Below are positions 7,614 through 13,564 of a stretch of 13,564 bases of DNA, one piece after another. The notes below the pieces were generated by a model. It saw only the letters and a list, made by a program, of their open reading frames with translations, did not search any database and was not told the origin of the DNA. The position numbers and the translations under genes were made by a program. The number at the start of each line of letters is the position of its first letter. Position 1 is the stretch's first letter. The stretch lies in the NCBI GenBank assembly GCA_040389905.1, contig JAZJZK010000056.1, positions 1 to 13,564 on the forward strand, written 5' to 3'. This DNA is from Gemmatimonadota bacterium (lineage in GTDB: Bacteria > Gemmatimonadota > Gemmatimonadetes > Gemmatimonadales > Gemmatimonadaceae).

Positions 7614-7667
7614 ACCCGCCAGATACGGCCCAACTTCGCGCGAACACGCCCGCCACCCGTGAAACCA

Positions 7668-8078
7668 ATGTCCCATACACATACGACGGAACTTCGCGTC
7701 AGATACGCCGAGACGGACAGAATGGGCGTTGTCTACTATGCGAACTATCTTGTCTGGTGCGAGGTCGGTCGGGTGGAATTCCTCCGCGCGCTGGGCAAGA
7801 GCTACGCTGTTCTGGAATCGGAAGGCGTCGGCCTTGCCGTATCGGAAGCGCGCGTCCGGTATACGCTCCCAGCGCGCTTCGACGATCTCGTTCGGATCGC
7901 GACGACGCTGACCGGAGTCCGGTCTCGAGCAATCACCTTTGACTACGTCATCACGCATGCGGACACCGGAGCCCGTCTCGCCACCGCGCACACCGCTCTC
8001 GTCTCCATCGATGTCGCCGGCCGACTCACCGCCATCCCGCAGGCGCTCAGGGAGACGCTACACGCAGCTCTCGAGTAG
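7668..8078 (+). CDS. YbgC/FadM family acyl-CoA thioesterase (hotdog fold)
   Basis: LRVRYAETDRMGVVYYANYLVWCEVGR signature and PARFDD; ATG 7668 chosen because the upstream part of the listed ORF overlaps lpxH. Confidence 0.92.
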   Translation: MSHTHTTELRVRYAETDRMGVVYYANYLVWCEVGRVEFLRALGKSYAVLESEGVGLAVSEARVRYTLPARFDDLVRIATTLTGVRSRAITFDYVITHADTGARLATAHTALVSIDVAGRLTAIPQALRETLHAALE

Positions 8079-10020
8079 CCTCCTCCTTGTCACACTCTCG
8101 GCGTGCCGCCTGTTCGGACCGGCGCCCCTGACGCCCAAAGAGCGGGATCGCGCGCGACTGATCCGAATCGAGGACACACGTAGGGATGATCCCCCGTTTC
8201 TCGACTCGGCGCTCGCGAGTGCTGATCCGGCAACGCGCGCGGCTGCGGTCATGACGGCCGGTCGAATCGGCGCACGGTCGCATCTTTCGCCGATGAGGCG
8301 GCTGACGTCTGATCCTGATGCGACGGTCTCCGCGAATGCCTTCTTCAACCTGGGCCTCCTCAAGGACAGCGCGTCGGTTCAGGTCGCCGTCACCGCCTTG
8401 TCCGGACCGTCTGAGATCGGTATCGAAGCGGCGTGGCTCTTGGGCGAGCTCGCGGAGGTTGGTCGGCCGGGCATCGTTGCCGGTCTTGCAGATGCGTCGG
8501 TGTCGTCCGCAACTCGCGGTGCATTGCTCCTCGCTGCCACGAGGCTCCGCCCCCTTCCCACAGCCGCCATTGTGCCGTTGCTCGCCAGCGGAGACAGCGC
8601 CATAGCGTGGCGTGCAGCGTACGCGGTGGCGCGAGGGCGCGGCCTCGCCGGTGTGCGAACGCTCCTGGGGCTCGACCGCTCTCCCTGGTCGTCCGTTCGA
8701 GACCAGGTCGCGCGCGCGGCCGCGCGAAACATGGTCGGAGATTCGCTCGCCTCCGTTGCACGTGCGGCACTGGAACGGCTCATCGCCGATACATCGGCAC
8801 GCGTGCGCATGACGGCCATCCGTTCGCTGGCGACCTTCGGCGCGCCGTACAAGGCCGCTGTGTTGGCGGCGCTACGCGACTCCGACAAGGGTGTCTCCCT
8901 GAGCGCCGCGCAGTCGTTGGATCTCGTGCTCGACTCGACGGCGGCGATGTGGACTCAGGCCTTCGAGGCCGATACGAACTTCGCGGTGCAGCGCGCCGTC
9001 GCGGACGGAGCCATCCGGCGAGGCGTCAACCTGGCGCAACAGGGGAAATGGCGGGAGAGCACCGACTGGCAGCGGCGCGCGGCAGCGGCCGAGCTCGATG
9101 CGCGCGGCCCCGCGAGTGCGGCCGTCACGCGATTGAGCACGTGGATGGCCGATGCCGAAGGCCGCGTACGGGCGGCCGCAGCCGGTGGTCTCGCGAGGCT
9201 CTCCGACAGCACATCGGTGCGCGCGCCCGTGCGTGCGGCGCTGCGGTCATTCCTGTCCGATGCCGATATCGGAGTGAGAAGCGCGAGTCTCGGCGGTCTG
9301 ACCCGTGGCGCATCGGCAGACGAGTTTGCCGATGCGTTGGCGTCATATCGCGACCACACCAATGACGTCGATGCCGACGCTCGCCTCGCCTTCTGGCGAC
9401 TTGCCGACTCCGCGGTCGCTCGCAACAAGACCCTGCCGGCGTCCGTCGAGGCTGCGTTCAATTCTCTCCCGCGCCCGACGGAAGCCATCGAGCGAAATGC
9501 TGCCGCGCGAATTCCGCGCTTCGCGAGCTGGCGGGACAGTACTGGAACCGCGCGTCCCAGTTCGTGGTACGACGATCGGGCGCGGGAGGCGGGGGCGCCG
9601 CAGCCGGTGCTCACTATCGAGACCGAGCGCGGGGTGCTCGAGCTCGCCCTTTTCAGCGGGGAAGCGCCCGTCACGGTTCACAATATTCGCTCCTTGGCTG
9701 CCCGTCAGTACTTCGACGGACAACGCTTTCATCGCGTGGTGCCAAACTTTGTGGTTCAGGGCGGCGACCCAAGAGGGGACGGAAGTGGCGGTCCGGGGTA
9801 CGCAATCCGGGACGAGATCAATCGTCATCGCTACGGACGGGGCACGCTGGGCATGGCGCTCTCGGGTCCAAATACGGGAGGCAGTCAATTCTTCGTGACA
9901 CACTCACCGCAGCCGCACCTCGACGGAGGATATACCGTCTTTGGCCAATTGCTCCGCGGCGGGGACGTACTCGACCGCATCATTCAGGGGGATCGTATTG
10001 TTCGCGTCACAGTTCGATAG
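8011..10020 (+). CDS. Predicted lipoprotein with HEAT/armadillo-like repeats and a C-terminal cyclophilin-type peptidyl-prolyl isomerase
   Basis: Lipobox LLLVTLSA-C (Cys codon 8104); helical repeats of the form L.D....VR..A..LG; C-terminal APVTVHN, FHRVVPNFVVQGGDP, GTLGMA, GGSQFF and HLDGGYTVFG. Start uncertain; ATG 8011 is the nearest ATG upstream of the lipobox. Confidence 0.88.
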   Translation: MSPADSPPSRRRSGRRYTQLSSSLLLVTLSACRLFGPAPLTPKERDRARLIRIEDTRRDDPPFLDSALASADPATRAAAVMTAGRIGARSHLSPMRRLTSDPDATVSANAFFNLGLLKDSASVQVAVTALSGPSEIGIEAAWLLGELAEVGRPGIVAGLADASVSSATRGALLLAATRLRPLPTAAIVPLLASGDSAIAWRAAYAVARGRGLAGVRTLLGLDRSPWSSVRDQVARAAARNMVGDSLASVARAALERLIADTSARVRMTAIRSLATFGAPYKAAVLAALRDSDKGVSLSAAQSLDLVLDSTAAMWTQAFEADTNFAVQRAVADGAIRRGVNLAQQGKWRESTDWQRRAAAAELDARGPASAAVTRLSTWMADAEGRVRAAAAGGLARLSDSTSVRAPVRAALRSFLSDADIGVRSASLGGLTRGASADEFADALASYRDHTNDVDADARLAFWRLADSAVARNKTLPASVEAAFNSLPRPTEAIERNAAARIPRFASWRDSTGTARPSSWYDDRAREAGAPQPVLTIETERGVLELALFSGEAPVTVHNIRSLAARQYFDGQRFHRVVPNFVVQGGDPRGDGSGGPGYAIRDEINRHRYGRGTLGMALSGPNTGGSQFFVTHSPQPHLDGGYTVFGQLLRGGDVLDRIIQGDRIVRVTVR

Positions 10021-10024
10021 CCGT

Positions 10025-10678
10025 ATGCTTCGCACGCGATCGGCTGTGCGCGGATTCGTGCTCGCCGCTGCGCTCATGGCGGGTGTGTCGTGTCGTCCGC
10101 CTCGAGTCGCCGAGTTGCCTGGGGAAGTCGCGCCAGTGCGCGCGCTGCCGAAAGGCACCTTGCCAGATGGGTACAGGAAATTGGTCTTTTCGTGGGAACT
10201 CAAGGATGGGGAAATCATCGCGCGCGGCGATGGTGTGGCCCGTGCGGCGTCACCAGACAGTGTACGCATGGACTTCTTCCTCGGCGGCGGCTTTGGGGCC
10301 GGAGCCGCCATTCTCATCGGCGACTCGCTTCAGGTGCCCGGCCCGGACATGACCCGCAAGCTGGTACCACCGAAGGCGCTCCTGTGGGCGTCGCTCGGGC
10401 GGTTCAATGTGCCGGCTGAGCCTGATACCGTGGTCCGTGTTGACGGCAACGTCATTCGGGCGGACATTGGCTCCCCAGTGCATTGGAGAGCTACCTTTCA
10501 TGGTGACACGCTCACACGCCTCGAGCGCGTCGATGAAGGACGGCTCCAGGAATGGGTAGAACGCACGAGCGATCAAAAGGTGCAGTACCGCAATGAAGCA
10601 GCACGACGCTCACTTTCGCTTCTCGTTCAACGGTCCGATGTCGTATCACCGTTCGATCGCTCGATCTGGCACTTCTAG
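10025..10678 (+). CDS. Hypothetical lipoprotein (beta-rich, possibly LolA/LolB-like fold)
   Basis: ATG 4 nt after the upstream stop; signal MLRTRSAVRGFVLAAALMAGVS-C; alternating beta-strand pattern; fills the operon gap exactly. Confidence 0.72.
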   Translation: MLRTRSAVRGFVLAAALMAGVSCRPPRVAELPGEVAPVRALPKGTLPDGYRKLVFSWELKDGEIIARGDGVARAASPDSVRMDFFLGGGFGAGAAILIGDSLQVPGPDMTRKLVPPKALLWASLGRFNVPAEPDTVVRVDGNVIRADIGSPVHWRATFHGDTLTRLERVDEGRLQEWVERTSDQKVQYRNEAARRSLSLLVQRSDVVSPFDRSIWHF

Positions 10679-10679
10679 G

Positions 10680-11183
10680 ATGAGAGTGTCCTTTCGCGCC
10701 TTGGCGCTCACGGCGAGCCTCGCGGTCGCCGGCTGCATCCCCGGCTACGGCTTTGCCGGCGGCGGCTTGCCCTCGCATGTGCGGACGCTCGCCATTCAGC
10801 CTTTCGACAACGAGACGCCAACTCCGGAACTCCAGAAAGAAATCTTCGAGGCGATGCGCAAGGAGCTGCAGCCTCGGCTGGGTGTACGGGATGCACCCCA
10901 GGAGAAGGCAGATGCCGTCGTGCGCGGCGTCGTGCGCAACTACGACGCAGACGTTCCCGTTGGCTACAGTGCGAATCCGCAGCAGGCCGTTACCTCGCGC
11001 CGCCGGCTCCAGATCACCCTCGACATTCAGATCATCGATCAGACGACCGGCAAGACCCTGTGGGAGAAAAAGGGCCTTCGTGCCGAAGGGGACTATGCAG
11101 AGCGGGATGAAGTCGGAGGGCGCAGGGAAGCGATCAAGCGCGTTGTGAACGACATCGTCGAAGGAGCGCAGTCACAATGGTGA
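10680..11183 (+). CDS. lptE: LptE-like LPS assembly lipoprotein
   Basis: Lipobox LAVAG-C followed by GYGFAGGGLP..VRTLAIQPFDNET, ADAVVRG, I.DQTTGKTLWEK and a C-terminal helix ending in W. This pattern is typical of non-proteobacterial LptE. Confidence 0.8.
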   Translation: MRVSFRALALTASLAVAGCIPGYGFAGGGLPSHVRTLAIQPFDNETPTPELQKEIFEAMRKELQPRLGVRDAPQEKADAVVRGVVRNYDADVPVGYSANPQQAVTSRRRLQITLDIQIIDQTTGKTLWEKKGLRAEGDYAERDEVGGRREAIKRVVNDIVEGAQSQW

Positions 11184-11530
11184 CCCCCCGTCGTGGGCTA
11201 TCCTCGCTCGGTTGTCTGTTTTCCTTGTTGCTGTTTGCCGCCGTCGTGTATTTCGGCATTGGCGTCGGCGAACACTATTTCCGCTTCTACGAATATCAGG
11301 ACTCAATGCGACAGCAAGTGAAATTCGCTGCGCATAACCCCGATGCGGTGATCTTGCGGCAGTTGCGTATCCGGGCGGATTCACTCGGGTTACCTGAGGC
11401 CGCCGGCGAGGTCACGTTGCAGCGCGACGGTCGGCATATCGAGATCGAGTCCGAGTACTACATTCACCTCGAGCTGCCGCTCATGGTGCGCGAGGTACGC
11501 TTCAACCCGCACGCCGAAGGCATCTTTTGA
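11177..11530 (+). CDS. Small single-pass membrane protein with pilin-like N-terminus (DUF4845-like)
   Basis: RRG followed by a hydrophobic helix, an aromatic YFRFYEY segment and a small alpha/beta domain; overlaps both neighbours, suggesting translational coupling. Confidence 0.7.
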   Translation: MVTPRRGLSSLGCLFSLLLFAAVVYFGIGVGEHYFRFYEYQDSMRQQVKFAAHNPDAVILRQLRIRADSLGLPEAAGEVTLQRDGRHIEIESEYYIHLELPLMVREVRFNPHAEGIF

Positions 11531-12018
11531 ACGGTTCGGCGCCGCGCGATCCTGCGGCGAAGGTGCTCGATCTCGCGTCCGCTGTGCACTGGAGAAGTCG
11601 CCAGGAGGGACGCGTCGTTTTCACGAACGGCGTCTTTGATCTGCTGCATCCCGGTCACGTCGATGTCCTCCTCGGCGCTCGCCGATGTGGTGAGCACCTC
11701 ATCGTTGGACTGAACAGTGACACGTCGGTCAAGCGACTCAAGGGGCAGGACCGTCCGATCCGCACCGAGGCGGAGCGCGCTTACGTGTTGGCGGCGTTCG
11801 AGATGGTCGATTGTGTGGTGTTGTTCGCCGAGGACACTCCGCTCGACCTCGTGAAGGCGCTCAGGCCCGATGTGTTGGTGAAAGGTGGCGACTATTCCGA
11901 GTCGACCATCGTCGGTGCGCCAGAAGTCAGAAGTTGGGGCGGAGACGTACGTGTTATTCCGCTCACGCCAGGTCAATCCACCACAAACATCGTGCAGGTA
12001 CTGCGTGGCTCCAGATAG
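11527..12018 (+). CDS. rfaE2: D-glycero-beta-D-manno-heptose 1-phosphate adenylyltransferase (RfaE domain II/HldC)
   Basis: Motifs [49 protein letters not shown] and GQSTT; TTGA overlap with the upstream gene. Confidence 0.93.
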   Translation: MNGSAPRDPAAKVLDLASAVHWRSRQEGRVVFTNGVFDLLHPGHVDVLLGARRCGEHLIVGLNSDTSVKRLKGQDRPIRTEAERAYVLAAFEMVDCVVLFAEDTPLDLVKALRPDVLVKGGDYSESTIVGAPEVRSWGGDVRVIPLTPGQSTTNIVQVLRGSR

Positions 12019-12736
12019 AACTCCACCGGTTCGCGTCGGCCGAGCAGCGAACGCCCTTCGCCCGGTGACACTCGAACGCGGCGTCGCGACGTACGCCGAG
12101 GGTTCGTGTCTCGTGTCCTTCGGAGAGACGCGCGTGTTGTGCACGGCGTCCGTCGAAGACGGTGTTCCGGGTTGGCGGCGGGGTCGCGGCGAGGGATGGC
12201 TCACCGCTGAATATGCCATGCTTCCGCGCGCCACGAAAACGCGAACCAATCGCGAGCGTGGGCAGATTGGCGGTCGTACCCAGGAGATCCAGCGGTTGAT
12301 CGGACGCAGCGTTCGCGCGATGCTCGACGATTTTGCGTGGGGCGAGTACACGCTGAAAGTCGATTGCGACGTGCTGCAGGCTGACGGCGGAACGAGAACC
12401 GCCGCCATCACCGGAGCGTCTGTTGCCGTTTGCGACGCGTTCGCGTGGATGGTGCAACAGGGAAAGCTCAAGCGCACTCCGGTCAAGCGGAGAGTCGCAG
12501 GTGTGAGCGTCGGAATCATCGGTGGTGAGCCACGTCTCGATCTAGAGTACATCGAGGATGTCGTGGCCGACGTGGACATGAATGTCGTGATGAGCAGCGA
12601 AGGGGGGTTCGTGGAGGTGCAGGGCACCGGTGAAAACGGCACCTTCGACCGCAACGAGCTGAACGCGCTACTCGATCTCGCGACAAGTGGTCTCCGAGAC
12701 CTCGACGGGCGGCAGCTGGCCGTGCTGGGCAGCTGA
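12005..12736 (+). CDS. rph: Ribonuclease PH
   Basis: Motifs [70 protein letters not shown] and VEVQGTGE. Start taken as GTG 12005. Confidence 0.97.
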   Translation: MAPDRTPPVRVGRAANALRPVTLERGVATYAEGSCLVSFGETRVLCTASVEDGVPGWRRGRGEGWLTAEYAMLPRATKTRTNRERGQIGGRTQEIQRLIGRSVRAMLDDFAWGEYTLKVDCDVLQADGGTRTAAITGASVAVCDAFAWMVQQGKLKRTPVKRRVAGVSVGIIGGEPRLDLEYIEDVVADVDMNVVMSSEGGFVEVQGTGENGTFDRNELNALLDLATSGLRDLDGRQLAVLGS

Positions 12737-12738
12737 CA

Positions 12739-13371
12739 GTGGACGTCGGCCTACCGTGGGTGTTGGCGAGCCGGAACGGCGGCAAGCTAGTCGAGCTCCG
12801 CGCGCTCTTTGCGACGCATGGCATCGCGGTAATCGATCTCGTGGAGGCCGGCGTGCGCGAAGATCCCGTTGCGGAAGAGCAAATCGAGTCGTTCGATACG
12901 TTCGAGGAGAATGCGCTCGCAAAGGCGCGATACTTCTCGTCGCGGCTTCCCGGTCGCGTCGTTGTCGCAGACGATTCGGGCCTCTCGGTCGACGCATTGG
13001 GCGGTGAACCGGGCGTGCGCAGCAAACGCTGGAGTGGCAGCTCGGCAAAGAACGGCAAGACGGTCGATGCTGCGAACAATGCTCTTCTGGTCGCGCGCCT
13101 CGCGGGTTCGGAGCGTCGCGCTGCTCGTTTCGTCTGCGTGGCTGCCTACGCCGACGGTGCGGGGCAGTTGGCGGCGAGCGGCGAGGTACTCGGCCGCGTT
13201 GTCGATGAGCCGCGAGGGTCCTTCGGCTTCGGCTACGATCCGCATTTTTTCATCGACGAGTTAGGAATGACGATGGCCGAGGCGACCGTGGCGGAGAAGG
13301 AGCAGGTGAGTCACCGGGGCAGGGCGTTCGTGGCGCTGCTGGGCCTCCTGCACGTGCGCGGTGTGCTGTAG
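12739..13371 (+). CDS. rdgB: Non-canonical purine NTP pyrophosphatase (RdgB/HAM1)
   Basis: Motifs LASRNGGKLVE, TFEENALAKA, ADDSGLSVDALGGEPGVRS, GFGYDP.F and EKEQVSHRGRA; classic rph-rdgB synteny. Confidence 0.96.
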   Translation: MDVGLPWVLASRNGGKLVELRALFATHGIAVIDLVEAGVREDPVAEEQIESFDTFEENALAKARYFSSRLPGRVVVADDSGLSVDALGGEPGVRSKRWSGSSAKNGKTVDAANNALLVARLAGSERRAARFVCVAAYADGAGQLAASGEVLGRVVDEPRGSFGFGYDPHFFIDELGMTMAEATVAEKEQVSHRGRAFVALLGLLHVRGVL

Positions 13372-13476
13372 GCCCCGCTGTCGATGGTGCGCTCGTTTGT
13401 CGCCTGCGTGCCCTTGAGGAGCGCAAGCGACGAAGGAAACGGAGTGAAGGGCCTGCACACGCAGTTCTTGATGGAG

Positions 13477-13505
13477 TTGACCGTTGTTGAGTGACTGACT
13501 ATTCT
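13477..13505 (+). promoter_or_regulatory. Sigma70 promoter for tRNA-Pro
   Basis: TTGACC (13477-13482), 17-nt spacer, TATTCT (13500-13505), ending 12 nt upstream of the tRNA. Confidence 0.75.
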
Positions 13506-13517
13506 TTGGTTCTCATG

Positions 13518-13564
13518 CGGGGCGTAGCGTAGCCTGGTATCGCGCCTGCTTTGGGAGCAGGAGG
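13518..13564 (+). tRNA. tRNA-Pro (anticodon UGG), 5' part; truncated by the window end
   Basis: CGGGGCG-TA-GCGTAGCCTGGTATCGC-G-CCTGC-TTTGGGA-GCAGG; anticodon TGG at 13552-13554; 5' C1 is typical of bacterial tRNA-Pro. Confidence 0.92.

Noticed and set aside
11464..12654. 396-aa minus-strand ORF and the many other alternative-frame ORFs in the track
   Set aside because: They overlap well-supported genes and are Arg/Ser/Pro/Ala-rich without family motifs.
2725..12736. Other TGA stops (secF, 5224 ORF, lptE, 11177 ORF, rph) as Sec codons
   Set aside because: Each falls at the apparent natural C-terminus and is out of frame with the next gene; I found no hidden selenoprotein in the window.

Overview
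GC-rich, densely coding bacterial core-genome window. The gene content and protein style suggest Gemmatimonadota or a related FCB-group diderm (inference). Order: secD-secF (hairpin), tatD, ridA, selD (Cys form), tRNA-Sec(UCA), an exported hypothetical protein, murI, a ~100 bp palindromic element of tandem CGGAT units, a convergent lpxH-like phosphoesterase (minus strand, probably leaderless), then an envelope-rich run: YbgC-type thioesterase, HEAT-repeat/cyclophilin lipoprotein, unknown lipoprotein (possibly LolA/LolB-like), LptE-like lipoprotein, pilin-like membrane protein and hldC/rfaE2. It ends with rph, rdgB and a sigma70-driven tRNA-Pro(UGG) cut by the window edge. I saw no transposase, integrase, prophage or CRISPR array. 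Most worth a second look: (1) the ridA-selD-selC unit without selA/selB, where the ridA UGA is in frame with selD and the tRNA-Sec acceptor stem is atypical; (2) the mirror-symmetric CGGAT repeat; (3) the lipoprotein cluster around lptE; (4) enrichment of Bacteroidota-type D(S/T)X O-glycosylation sequons in exported proteins. Nothing here proves a new system; these are hypotheses to test.
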